This document shows, in pieces, positions 1-9,835 of a DNA stretch of 64,000 nt. Position 1 is the stretch's first letter. Each line of letters begins with the position of its first letter. The DNA comes from an uncultured Spirochaetales bacterium (GTDB lineage: Bacteria; Spirochaetota; Spirochaetia; JAFGDJ01), in the NCBI GenBank assembly GCA_964410865.1, contig CAYPIQ010000006.1, positions 36,865 to 100,864 of the forward strand, read 5' to 3'. The notes under the pieces were generated by a model. The model made no database searches and was not told the origin of the DNA. It saw only the letters and a list, made by a program, of their open reading frames with translations. The position numbers and the translations under genes are program-made.

Positions 1-59
1 TTACCTTTGGTGTTCTGACAATACGTACCTCCCTTCAGGATCTTGCGATTATCGAAAAA

Positions 60-2081
60 ATGCAGCTGAATGCCGATTTTATTGTCAGGAATGCCGACTA
101 CGTCAATGCTCTCCAGAGGGAGCGATTACTCAGCCAGAATTATATCGCCGGCGGAATTCCCTATTCGGAGGTAGCCGAAGCAGTCCGGGAAACGGACGCC
201 AAGGCCGAAGATTTTTCCACTGCCTTGGAAAGGTCCGAACTTCCCGCAGCCATCAAGTATGTAGGCAAGAGTGTTTCGGGCAATCTGGAGACCCTGAGGA
301 AGGAGATAAAAAACAAGCAAACCTTAGGCAGTATCTCCGTTTCCATCGGCTACAGCGTCGTTATCGAAGGACTTCTCCAGCTCAGCCAGGAAGCCGTGCG
401 CCAGGAGACAATCGGCAACATAGGAAAACTTTTTTCCAGCCTTACTATTATGCAGCAGGTGCAGGAATCGGCAGTCCAGTTTCGTGGATACTGCATGAAT
501 CTCTTCTCCGAGGAGCGGCCTGCCACGGTAACCGAGGCGATGATTATTATCCGGAATATTGATAGTATAGAGCTGAATTTTAAAAGCCCCGGTCTGGTCT
601 TGTCCGAGGAATCGAGGAATGAAGCCCTTGCTCTTACCGGAAACAAAGCATGGAAAATGTTGGAAAAAGTTTTTATTGATATACTGGAGAACTCTTACAC
701 CGGAGATTATGCTACCGATCCGGAGGATTTCACCGGGAAGTGCGACACGATCATACATACGGTTAATTCGATAATAGAAGGGGAGATAATCCATTTAGAG
801 ACACAGCTTGATGAGGTTAAAACGGGTATCCAACGCTTATTTCGTGCGGTTGTAATAGCTATCCTCGGTATCCTGGCGCTCATCCTGGTGCTGTCGATTG
901 TTTTTATCCGAGGTATTACCCGGCCGATCCGGGCGGTGGGCCGGTCTCTCAAGGCGATAGCCGAAGGGGAAGGGGATCTGAGCATAACCGTTGAAAAAAC
1001 CTCCCGGGATGAAGTAGGCGACCTGGCTGGCTATTTTAATCTCTTTACCGACTCCCTGAACCATCTTGTCAGGGAAATAAAACATGAGGCGGCTACTCTA
1101 CTGGATTTAGGCGATGACCTAGCCCGGCAGATGGGAGAGACCGCGGCATCACAGAATCAGATTTCAACGACCATAAACAGTATTCGCCGACAGGTGGAGG
1201 TGCAAAACCGCAATGTTGAAGATTCATCCGGGGCAATGACGGAGCTGGCGGCAAGTCTGAATGATCTTACGAAAAAAATAGACAACCAGGCCGCCGTGGT
1301 AAGCGAGTCGTCCGCCTCCGTCGAAGAGATGATATCGAATATATCGGGGATTTCAAAATCGAATAAAACCGCGGCACAGTACGCGGAGAAACTGGTTTCC
1401 GCTGCTGAAGAGGGGCGGGTCCATATGGACAGCGTTGTCTCCGAGGTAAGAGATATCGCCGTTCGCTCGGAGAATCTCCAGGAGGCAAACGACCTGATTT
1501 CAGACATCGCATCACAGACCAACCTGCTTGCAATGAACGCGGCCATCGAAGCGGCCCACGCAGGGGAACATGGCCGGGGATTTGCCGTAGTAGCCGACGA
1601 GATACGTAAATTGGCGGAGAACTCCTCCGAACAGTCCCGGAGTATCCTCGAAAACCTGCAGGCCATCATGTCGGTTATTAATAAGGTTGTAGATACGTCC
1701 CTGGAGGCAAGCGACAGGTTCGAGACCATCCGTGGTATGGTGCATGAAGTGGACAGGATCGAGAAAGAAGTGGACGGGGCCTTGACCGAGCAGAATACGG
1801 CCGGGTCCGAGGTCCTCGGCGCTCTTGGAGAGATGAACAGCCTCACTGTACAGGTGCGGGATTACGCGAAATCGATGAATGAGAAGAGCAAAACCGTGGG
1901 ATCATACATGGATACGCTGCGGGAGCTCTCCATCCAGCTGAAACAGGGTATGACCGAGATACTCTCGGGAGCACAGCATATCGGTGAGGCGGTGGAGAGA
2001 GTCCAGGATTTGAGCCGTGACAACCGGGAAAGCATAGACCGGGTGGTTGAAAAGATATCGGTATTCAAACTGAAGGAATAA
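60..2081 (+). CDS. Methyl-accepting chemotaxis protein (transmembrane segment, HAMP, MCP signalling domain); probably 5'-truncated by the window edge
   Basis: A transmembrane helix '[20 protein letters not shown]' is followed by a HAMP region and the conserved MCP signalling motif '[32 protein letters not shown]'. The same frame is open with no stop from nt 3 to 60 and the protein lacks a first transmembrane helix, so the true start probably lies upstream of the window. Confidence 0.85.
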   Translation: MQLNADFIVRNADYVNALQRERLLSQNYIAGGIPYSEVAEAVRETDAKAEDFSTALERSELPAAIKYVGKSVSGNLETLRKEIKNKQTLGSISVSIGYSVVIEGLLQLSQEAVRQETIGNIGKLFSSLTIMQQVQESAVQFRGYCMNLFSEERPATVTEAMIIIRNIDSIELNFKSPGLVLSEESRNEALALTGNKAWKMLEKVFIDILENSYTGDYATDPEDFTGKCDTIIHTVNSIIEGEIIHLETQLDEVKTGIQRLFRAVVIAILGILALILVLSIVFIRGITRPIRAVGRSLKAIAEGEGDLSITVEKTSRDEVGDLAGYFNLFTDSLNHLVREIKHEAATLLDLGDDLARQMGETAASQNQISTTINSIRRQVEVQNRNVEDSSGAMTELAASLNDLTKKIDNQAAVVSESSASVEEMISNISGISKSNKTAAQYAEKLVSAAEEGRVHMDSVVSEVRDIAVRSENLQEANDLISDIASQTNLLAMNAAIEAAHAGEHGRGFAVVADEIRKLAENSSEQSRSILENLQAIMSVINKVVDTSLEASDRFETIRGMVHEVDRIEKEVDGALTEQNTAGSEVLGALGEMNSLTVQVRDYAKSMNEKSKTVGSYMDTLRELSIQLKQGMTEILSGAQHIGEAVERVQDLSRDNRESIDRVVEKISVFKLKE

Positions 2082-2107
2082 CCTGTCTCTTAAAGATAAG
2101 CCTAACC

Positions 2108-2140
2108 GGGCAACGGATTGACGAGCCGGTGATTTTTACA
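2108..2140 (+). terminator. Weak hairpin plus T-run downstream of the chemotaxis protein gene
   Basis: The sequence 'accggg...ccggtgattttt' forms a 5-bp stem followed by a U-tract; it is weak. Confidence 0.3.
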
Positions 2141-2450
2141 CTTTTCTTTTCACATAAGGCGATCTATACTTAAAAGGGAGTCGACCCTCGACCGCCGGCT
2201 CGGTAACCTGAAGGGGTGTCACTCCCAAATCTGAGCGCTCCGTCCCGGCGGTCCGCACGAAAGACTGGTCCCGGGCTATCGAACACGCCGGCTACCCGCG
2301 CTAAGCCGTTCCCCGTCCCTATTTTGGTCCCTTCTGGAAAAGGGAGGTGGTGAACATTGATACACCCTCCCGGCAATGGTATAGTTACAGGACCGTTAAA
2401 GTACATCACGGGATAACCGTCCGACGGTTGTCCCGGGGAAAGGAAGCACC

Positions 2451-4736
2451 ATGCACAGACTCTCAGATTTTTCCTGCGGCCACGCGAAACCGGTTCTCTT
2501 GATCATCTTCATTCTCACGCTGTTTTTCGCTTATTTCGCCGTTCACATCAGGGTAGACCCGGACGTAACCGACATGCTCCCCTCCGATGAGAAGATGGCC
2601 GAACTCGAAGACGTTGCCCATGAAGAAAGCGGCCTGGGAACCCTGGTGGTCGCGGTAGAGAGCGAGGACCCCTTCACCCTCGAGGGGCTGAAGGCTTTCT
2701 CCCGGGCCCTGGAGGAGATAGAGGCGCTGCCGGGGGTGCTTCCCGGTCTTCACCCCTTTAATTTTCTCTCGTTCGAGCGTGTCGGCACGAAGATACAAGT
2801 CAGCTATTTCACCGAAACCCGGACAGCCCCGACGAACGTCTCCGAACTCGAACGTTTCAAGACCCGGGTCCTCTCCGACCCCTTTGCCTCGACGGTGGTT
2901 GTATCGGAAAGCGGCAAGATGCTCGCGGCCATCTTTCCCCTGGCGGAGATAGCCGATCCGGGAGAGACTGAGAAGATCCGTACCATCCTTGACGGGCTCG
3001 AACCCTATTTCAAGGTGTACGCCACCGGCGACAACCTCTTTACCCAGCGGATGACCGCCTATATTTTCGACGACCTTACGACGCTGCTCATACTCTCGGG
3101 TGTCCTCCTGCTCCTGTTCTACTTCATCGGGTTCAGGTCACGGCGGGCCATGCTTCTTCCCCTGGTTCTCATCGCCGTAAGTATGGTCTGGACCCTGGGA
3201 TTCATGCATCTCCTGGGGTTCACCATTTCCATGGTCAACATCATCCTGCCACCCTTGCTTCTGACCATCGGGAGTTCCTATACCGTTCACGTTCTCAACG
3301 CCTTCTACCGGGAATCGAAGACCGAGATGGAGGCGCGGGCCTGGATAGCCGAGGCGGTCTCCCGGGTGTCCCAGACGATCTTCCTAGCCGGCCTGACCAC
3401 CATCGTCGGATTCTCCAGCCTTCTCATGACCTCCACCGAGCAGACCCGGCAGTTCGGCGTTTCCATGAGCTTCGGCATTTTCGTGTGTGTCTTCTTATCC
3501 CTTACCTTCCTGCCGGCGGCCCTTTCCTGCATGCCTTCTCCGAAGGAGTTCCAGAAAAAACACGTAACCGAGGGATTCATTACGCAGTGGATGGGACGCC
3601 TGAGTTACCGGGTGTTGAAGAGAAAAACTGTCCTGCTCGTCCTCTTCGCGGGCATGGTGGTTCTGTTCATACTGCTGCTGCCCGGCCTGCAGCACCAGAG
3701 CGATTACATGGGCTATTTCCCCGACGACGACCCGCTCATACAGGATACCAATTACATACTCACCAATCTCGGCAGCTCCCAGCAGGTATACGTCACCCTC
3801 GATGCCCCCGGGGGGCAAAAGAACTACTTTCTCAGGCCCGAGGTGCTCGAGCGGGTAAGCGCGTGGGAAGAACAGATGCTCTCGAACCCGGACGTTGTAT
3901 CGGTGAACTCCTTTACCGGCTACGTTCGGGGACTGAACAGGATCATGTTCGGTGAATCCAGGGTCCCGGAACAGAAGGGGCTCATTCTTACGCTGGCCCG
4001 CTACTTCAAGATCATGATGCACATGGATGAGAACAGCAGCCTGGCCTTCCTTTCGAACGACGACTTCTCCCGCATAACCTGCTCATTCAGGGTATTCAAC
4101 CACGAAAACGGGAAATACCTCACCGAAGAACCCCTGAGAAACTTAACGACTGCTATGCAGGCATCGATGGAAGAACTGCTCCCCGAAGAGATAACACCGG
4201 TAATCTGGGGCAATTCGCTGAAATTCCTGAGGCTCTCCGATATCCTGAACCGAGACCAGGCGACATCGACCCTCCTGTCCCTGGTCATCATTTTCCTGAT
4301 AGCCGCGGTGTTCTTCAGGTCTCTCCTGTACGGCGCCATCGCCCTTATTCCCATTCTCTGCGGCGTCATGATCAATTTCATCGTTATGGTATTGGCGGGC
4401 ATTCCCCTGGATATGATTACCCTGATGGTCTCCAGTGTTACCATCGGTGTCGGGGTGGACGACGCGATTCACTTCCTCATCCAGTTCAAACACCAGGTCT
4501 CGCTACACGGCCCCGACCGGGAAAAGGTGTTTCATGAAACCTTCATAGTAACCGGAAGACCAATACTTCTCACCACCGTCACCATCATGGGAGGGCTCAT
4601 CGTATTCGTCTTCAGCAACTTCCTGGCTATAACATACTTCGGTCTTCTGCTCTGTCTCACCCTCTCCTCTACCCTGCTGGGAACACTCTTTATTCTCCCC
4701 TCCTTCTGTTCCCTCTTTATAAAAAAAATGGTATAA
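2451..4736 (+). CDS. RND-superfamily exporter, MMPL/HAE3-like (COG1033-type), with two repeated bundles of transmembrane helices
   Basis: A 761-aa protein whose two halves each show an N-terminal transmembrane helix, a large loop and then a cluster of about 5 transmembrane helices ('LLLFYFIGFRSRRAMLLPLVLIAVSMVWTLGFMHLLGF...' and 'LIAAVFFRSLLYGAIALIPILCGVMINFIVMVLAGIPLDMITL...'), which is the typical MMPL/RND topology. Confidence 0.75.
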   Translation: MHRLSDFSCGHAKPVLLIIFILTLFFAYFAVHIRVDPDVTDMLPSDEKMAELEDVAHEESGLGTLVVAVESEDPFTLEGLKAFSRALEEIEALPGVLPGLHPFNFLSFERVGTKIQVSYFTETRTAPTNVSELERFKTRVLSDPFASTVVVSESGKMLAAIFPLAEIADPGETEKIRTILDGLEPYFKVYATGDNLFTQRMTAYIFDDLTTLLILSGVLLLLFYFIGFRSRRAMLLPLVLIAVSMVWTLGFMHLLGFTISMVNIILPPLLLTIGSSYTVHVLNAFYRESKTEMEARAWIAEAVSRVSQTIFLAGLTTIVGFSSLLMTSTEQTRQFGVSMSFGIFVCVFLSLTFLPAALSCMPSPKEFQKKHVTEGFITQWMGRLSYRVLKRKTVLLVLFAGMVVLFILLLPGLQHQSDYMGYFPDDDPLIQDTNYILTNLGSSQQVYVTLDAPGGQKNYFLRPEVLERVSAWEEQMLSNPDVVSVNSFTGYVRGLNRIMFGESRVPEQKGLILTLARYFKIMMHMDENSSLAFLSNDDFSRITCSFRVFNHENGKYLTEEPLRNLTTAMQASMEELLPEEITPVIWGNSLKFLRLSDILNRDQATSTLLSLVIIFLIAAVFFRSLLYGAIALIPILCGVMINFIVMVLAGIPLDMITLMVSSVTIGVGVDDAIHFLIQFKHQVSLHGPDREKVFHETFIVTGRPILLTTVTIMGGLIVFVFSNFLAITYFGLLLCLTLSSTLLGTLFILPSFCSLFIKKMV

Positions 4737-4775
4737 ATCGGACTATTGTGATAACATAATGATGGGGGTGCATAC

Positions 4776-5459
4776 ATGAGATTCCGCAGCAGAGTAGTAT
4801 ACAGGGCCCTACGAAATGTCATATCCGTTGCCGCGAGAATTTTCCTCCGGGTGAAGGTCCGGGGAACGGAAAACCGCCCGCCCGGGGCAAAGATATACGC
4901 GGTGAACCATCCGACGGAGATAGACATGTTCCCGGTGTTCGTGTTTACCCGGGACTTTATCCATACGATGATCAATCCATACATCTTCGATATTCCCGTG
5001 CTTCGAACCATCCTGCGCCTGACCGAGCAGATCAAGATCCGCAGGACGATTCGGAAACATGAAACAATCGAAGAGGCCCGGCGAATCCTCCAGCGGGGAG
5101 AAGCCCTTCTCATTGCGCCCCAGGGCGCACGGGTGAAATTCGACGAATACCCGAGACCCAAGAAGGGAGTCGTGCGTCTCGCCCTGGAAAACCGGGTGCC
5201 CATCATTCCGGTAGGTATAGGCATTCCCCGGAACAAGATCCGGATCAAGAAGATATTCTTCAAGGAAGAAAAAGTATACCGTAACGCCTACTACCCGAGG
5301 TTCAGGGCCCCCTACGGTATCGTTTTCGGCAAGCCTATCTCCTTCGAAGGCTATTACGGGAAAAAGATCGACAAGGAGACAATGCAAAACCTGGCAAACA
5401 AGGTCATGGATGTCATCTACAGACTCCAGGGCGAAGCTGAAGAAATGCTGTCGAGCTGA
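4776..5459 (+). CDS. Lysophospholipid / 1-acyl-glycerol-3-phosphate acyltransferase family protein (PlsC-like)
   Basis: An HX4D acyltransferase motif 'NHPTEID' lies near the N-terminus, with a second conserved block 'LLIAPQGARV'; the length is 227 aa. Confidence 0.65.
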   Translation: MRFRSRVVYRALRNVISVAARIFLRVKVRGTENRPPGAKIYAVNHPTEIDMFPVFVFTRDFIHTMINPYIFDIPVLRTILRLTEQIKIRRTIRKHETIEEARRILQRGEALLIAPQGARVKFDEYPRPKKGVVRLALENRVPIIPVGIGIPRNKIRIKKIFFKEEKVYRNAYYPRFRAPYGIVFGKPISFEGYYGKKIDKETMQNLANKVMDVIYRLQGEAEEMLSS

Positions 5460-5482
5460 ATTCCACGTTCCAAGGAACCACC

Positions 5483-6592
5483 ATGAAAGAAGATATTGTT
5501 ATTGTAGGCGCCGGCCTGTCGGGGGCGGTTGCGGCGCGTGCCTGCGCCGAAAAGGGCCGGAAGGTCCTGATCGTCGAGAGACTCGGGCACCTGGCCGGTC
5601 ACTGCTACGATTACCGGAACGACGCCGGTATTACCGTTCACACCTATGGACCCCACATATTTCACACCCTGGACAGGGATATCTGGCGGTACGTTCACCG
5701 TTTCGCGAATTTCAGACCCTACCAGCACAGGGTCATGAGCTACGTGGAAGGACGCCTGGTCCCTTTTCCCATTAACCTGGATACGATAAACATTCTCTTC
5801 GGGAAACACCTGGAGAGGGGAGATCTCGATACATTCCTGAAAAAAGAGGTCGCCGGATCTTCCTACAGCCCCGGGGCCGATAATTTTCGCGACGCCGTGG
5901 TATCCCAGGTCGGGGAGCAGCTCTACAGCCTTTTCTTCGAGAAGTACACGATAAAACAATGGAACCGGGATCCCCGGGAACTGTCGGCCGATATTGCACG
6001 GCGAATTCCCGTCCGGGACAACCGGGATACGCGATACTTTTCAGACCCCTACCAGGGCATTCCCGTCGGAGGGTACACGACTATGGTAAAAAACATGCTC
6101 GACCATCCTTCGATATCACTCCTTCTCGGGACGGACTATTTCGATATTCAGGACGAGTTGGACCCGGTACTGACGGTGTATACCGGTGAGCTGGACCGGT
6201 TCTTCAATTACGAATACGGAAAGCTGGAATACAGGTCCCTGGAACTCGAGTTCGAAACCCACGATACCGAAAGATACCAGGAAGCCGCGGTTATCAACTA
6301 CCCGAACGATTACGACTGGACAAGGATAACCGAGTTTAAATACTTCCTCGGGGAGTCCTCGGAGAAAACGACGATCTGCAAAGAGTATCCCAGGGATACC
6401 GGCGAGCCCTACTACGTGGTACTTTCCAAAGATAATATCGAGAGAAGAACAGCCTACATGAACCGTGTGGAAGCACTGGAAAAAGACCGGACCCACCTGT
6501 TTATCGGCAGGCTTGCCGAGTATACCTACTATAATATGGATGCCGTCATCAAGCGCAGCCTGGAGAAAACCGGGGCTTTTTTCTCCTCCTGA
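5483..6592 (+). CDS. glf: UDP-galactopyranose mutase
   Basis: An N-terminal FAD-binding motif 'IVIVGAGLSGAVAA' is followed by Glf-typical blocks 'GHCYDY', 'GPHIFHT', 'INYPNDYDWTRITEFKYF' and 'YYVVLSKDNIERRTAYMNRV'; the length is 369 aa. Confidence 0.9.
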   Translation: MKEDIVIVGAGLSGAVAARACAEKGRKVLIVERLGHLAGHCYDYRNDAGITVHTYGPHIFHTLDRDIWRYVHRFANFRPYQHRVMSYVEGRLVPFPINLDTINILFGKHLERGDLDTFLKKEVAGSSYSPGADNFRDAVVSQVGEQLYSLFFEKYTIKQWNRDPRELSADIARRIPVRDNRDTRYFSDPYQGIPVGGYTTMVKNMLDHPSISLLLGTDYFDIQDELDPVLTVYTGELDRFFNYEYGKLEYRSLELEFETHDTERYQEAAVINYPNDYDWTRITEFKYFLGESSEKTTICKEYPRDTGEPYYVVLSKDNIERRTAYMNRVEALEKDRTHLFIGRLAEYTYYNMDAVIKRSLEKTGAFFSS

Positions 6593-6605
6593 ACCTGTTT
6601 CTGGT

Positions 6606-7790
6606 TCAGCCCTTTCCGGCCCGGTCTTTCAGGATATCCCGGTACCTCAGGATCACCTCATCCGCTACCGTTTCCCAGGACCGGTAGAGGGTTTTCATTG
6701 CCCCGCGGCCGGCGGTTTCGACAAGACCCGGATTCTCGAGGCAGTGCGCGAGCACCGCGCTGAAGCCTTCCGGATCGTTCTCGGACAGAATGCCGTTTAC
6801 GCCGTCTTCAATGCCCTCGGCAGTTGTAGCACCCCGGATGAAGACACAGGGCAGCGAAAAGGCCGCGGCCTCCCGCATGACCAGGCTTGCCGTATCGTAG
6901 AGTGAAGGAAACATGAAAAGATACGCCAGGGCGTAAAGGGCCTTTATGATCTCCCTGTCGCGAACGACTCCGAGAAAACGCACCCTGTCTTCCATACCCA
7001 GGGATGAGACGTACTTCTTCATTTCAGGAAGGTCCGGGCCGGTACCGACGAAGAGCATGTTGACATTCTTCCCGCTCCTTTTCAGTATCGCAAGGGAGTC
7101 GAGCACAAGGGCGAGGTTTTTCCCCCACCGTTGCTGGCCGATGTAGAGAAACACCGGATCGTCGTTCTCCAGTCCGGCGAACTCTTTTCCCCTGTTCCTG
7201 TATGCCGTGTATTCCTCCAGTGCCGGTACAGCCATATCGGTGCCGTTTTCCATAACCTCGATATTCCCGGTATATCCGTATTCTTCGAGGACTTCTTTCG
7301 TTTTTTCACTGGGCACCCAGACATAATCTACCGCTTCGTAGTAGGCCACGACTTTCCTGAGGGCCGGTTCAACCAGTGAATCCATTTTAAGGACCTTCTT
7401 GAAATCTTCACGGTACTTGCTGTGAAAGGTGGATACTATGGGTATATTGCGTTTCTTGGCGATATTCAGCGCCAGGTGCCCGCTGACAAAGGGACAGTGG
7501 CTGTGCACTATGTCGAAGGGGATGTCCTTAAGACGCCGGCAGAAAGAGGGGCTCAGAAAAGGCACCCCCACACGGTAGGGCTTCATGGCCGGCAGGGTGA
7601 AAGAGGGAAAACGGAGCAGGTCAAAGGGGTCGTCGTCGACATATCCCGGGACCTTGAAACAGACCATGGTACTCTTCCCGTATTTCTTATCGAGCCAGTA
7701 GGCGTAATTTCTCGCTACCAGGGCTACACCGTCTATAACCGGTGGGTATGAATCGTTGAACTGTCCTATATGTAGACCCGGTGTACTCAT
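6606..7790 (-). CDS. GT4-family glycosyltransferase, monoglycosyl-diacylglycerol synthase-like
   Basis: The N-terminal 'FNDSYPPVIDGVA' and GT4 core resemble diacylglycerol glucosyl/galactosyltransferases, and the C-terminal half has the GT4 motif 'FLGVVRDREIIKALYALAYLFMFPSLYDTASLVMREAAAFSLPCV'. Confidence 0.7.
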   Translation of the reverse strand: MSTPGLHIGQFNDSYPPVIDGVALVARNYAYWLDKKYGKSTMVCFKVPGYVDDDPFDLLRFPSFTLPAMKPYRVGVPFLSPSFCRRLKDIPFDIVHSHCPFVSGHLALNIAKKRNIPIVSTFHSKYREDFKKVLKMDSLVEPALRKVVAYYEAVDYVWVPSEKTKEVLEEYGYTGNIEVMENGTDMAVPALEEYTAYRNRGKEFAGLENDDPVFLYIGQQRWGKNLALVLDSLAILKRSGKNVNMLFVGTGPDLPEMKKYVSSLGMEDRVRFLGVVRDREIIKALYALAYLFMFPSLYDTASLVMREAAAFSLPCVFIRGATTAEGIEDGVNGILSENDPEGFSAVLAHCLENPGLVETAGRGAMKTLYRSWETVADEVILRYRDILKDRAGKG

Positions 7791-8187
7791 TAGTTGCTCC
7801 TTGTGCCTGTCCCGGCGGGTATGGCACCCCGACCCTCACACATATCGGCGTGTTATTCCAGTTCATCCCGCCGCCGGGGAGGGATGGGCGGAAAACTCTT
7901 CGCGGCTCAGTTTGAGGATACGTCCTTTCTTCTCTTTACCAAGGTGTAGAAATGTGTTTTTTTCCATTGGTATGATTCTTCTAATAAATTTTATCCCTTT
8001 TCATTGTTTTTATCAACACCGGGAGTGACAGCCGGCGTGTATTTATGGACAGGAAAATTCTCGAGGCCGCTCATGTTACCGGGACCCTGCAATCGGGAAA
8101 AATAGCCGGGCATATCGCGGTTACGCATCGAAAAGGTACAGTATGAAACCCGGGGAAGGTGTCCAGAACAAACTCCGGTCCGATAAT

Positions 8188-9633
8188 CTACAGAAGGGGG
8201 ACGATTATTTTGCAGAGAGCGTTTCGAAGACGTAGGGGGAACGAAACACCCCGGAAAAACTCGGCGGTTATCTCCGTGCAGCTGGTACAGTCGAAGGTAA
8301 ATCGTTCATCCAGTTCGGAAACAAGAGACGCGTCGTACAGCACCGCGTCCATTTCGTAGTCGATCTGCAGGCTCCGGACGTCGAGGTTGCAGCTCCCTAC
8401 AGCCGCTATCTCCCCGTCGGCGGATATCGTCTTGGCATGGAGAAACCCGGCGGTATACCGGAATATCCTCACACCCGCTTCAAGGAGGCTGGGAAAATAA
8501 TTCTCCGCCACCCAGAAGGGTACGCGCTTGTCGGGAACGCCGGCGATCATCAGGCGGACATCCACCCCCCCGAGGGCGGCCGTTTCCATAGCGCTCAACA
8601 CGCTTTCATCGGGCACAAAATAGGGACTCTGGATAAATACCCTCCTGCGAGCCCCGGTCAACAACGTTATATAGAGCTTTCTCAAGATATCCCAGCGGGA
8701 ATCGGGCCCGGAACACACGATCTGGACCGGTACACCGGGTTCAACATGAAGAACCTCCGGGACCTCCAGTGTCTCTGTAACGGCCCCACCACTATTGCTC
8801 CAGTCCGCGAAAAAAACAGCTTCCATAACGGACACGCAGTGTCCCGTCATTCTCATATGGGTGTCCCGCCAGGTGGTGAAACGCCTGCCTCCCGTTATGT
8901 ATTCATCACCGACATTCATGCCGCCGGTATACCCGATCCTGCCGTCGATGACAACGATTTTTCTGTGGTTACGGTAATTGACGAACCGTCTGCGTACGAC
9001 ACTCCTGGGGTCGAGAAAATATCGGTGTTCAATGTTCGAAGCCTTCAGCGCCTTTCTGTATGCCCGGGAGAGGGTGAAGAAGCATCCCACTCCGTCGAAC
9101 AGGAGCTGCACCTCCACGCCTTCCCGGACCTTCGCCTCCAGGAGATCGAGGAGCCGACGGCCGAGATTGTCGGAACGCCAGATGAAATACTCCATGCGGA
9201 TCGAATGCCGGGCAGCCTCGATGTCGTTCAGAAGGCTTTCGAAGTGATCCGCCCCGGAATAATGGAAGACGACTTCGTTCCCCATGGTTATGATCGAATG
9301 CCCCCCGTTGAGCAGCAGAAGGAGGTTCCTTCGAACATTTCCGTCCGTCTCCAGTGCTCCTTCGGCGATGAACGAACTCTGGGCCCGATGGATCTCCGAA
9401 AAATGCTGGAGAATGAGGTCTTCCGGCAGGGTCTTAACGATCTTCGTCCCGTTCCTATCCAGGCCGAACAGGAGATACAGGAGAATTCCGGCATAGGGCA
9501 GGAAATAGATAGTCAGGAGCCAGGAGATGATAATCTGGCTCTGCCGTTTCTTCAGGAGAATCTGGACCGTAACGAGAACCACATAACAGATATAAACGAT
9601 CGAGAGTATTAAACCCAGTCTGCTTCCACTCAT
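8188..9633 (-). CDS. cls: Cardiolipin synthase (phospholipase D family, two HKD motifs)
   Basis: Two N-terminal transmembrane helices are followed by two HxK(x)4D motifs, 'HRKIVVIDGRIGYTGGMN' and 'HAKTISADGEIAAVGSCNLD'. Confidence 0.9.
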   Translation of the reverse strand: MSGSRLGLILSIVYICYVVLVTVQILLKKRQSQIIISWLLTIYFLPYAGILLYLLFGLDRNGTKIVKTLPEDLILQHFSEIHRAQSSFIAEGALETDGNVRRNLLLLLNGGHSIITMGNEVVFHYSGADHFESLLNDIEAARHSIRMEYFIWRSDNLGRRLLDLLEAKVREGVEVQLLFDGVGCFFTLSRAYRKALKASNIEHRYFLDPRSVVRRRFVNYRNHRKIVVIDGRIGYTGGMNVGDEYITGGRRFTTWRDTHMRMTGHCVSVMEAVFFADWSNSGGAVTETLEVPEVLHVEPGVPVQIVCSGPDSRWDILRKLYITLLTGARRRVFIQSPYFVPDESVLSAMETAALGGVDVRLMIAGVPDKRVPFWVAENYFPSLLEAGVRIFRYTAGFLHAKTISADGEIAAVGSCNLDVRSLQIDYEMDAVLYDASLVSELDERFTFDCTSCTEITAEFFRGVSFPLRLRNALCKIIVPLL

Positions 9634-9835
9634 ATCCGCTTCCTGTATTCATCACCCCCGGGTTAGGGTGTAGACGGTACCCCGAAAAGATTCCGCCCAT
9701 TGTATCAAGGGCCCTTCGGATTGTACATAGATCAGAGCCGGATAGGAAAGAGAAGATCCATGGGGGGATTATTTTCATCGATGCTGGAGTAGCCCTTTTC
9801 CAGGATCCGCAGAGAGATGCGAATGTTGAAAAGCG

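Noticed and set aside
324-1846. Antisense ORFs (156 aa, 229 aa and others) inside the chemotaxis protein gene
   Set aside because: They lie fully within a well-supported coding region on the opposite strand. They have a low-complexity composition typical of antisense frames in GC-rich DNA.
2141-2450. RNase P RNA, tmRNA or SRP RNA in the GC-rich MCP/MMPL intergenic region
   Set aside because: Some resemblance to the RNase P 3' P4 strand ('cccgggctatcg') was noted, but the obligatory partner 'GGAAAGUCCGGGCUCC', the tmRNA tRNA-like ends and the SRP domain IV motif are all absent. It is kept only as an unclassified structured-RNA candidate.
8437-9612. 391-aa plus-strand ORF overlapping cardiolipin synthase
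   Set aside because: It is the antisense frame of a gene with two clear HKD motifs and has no recognisable motifs of its own.
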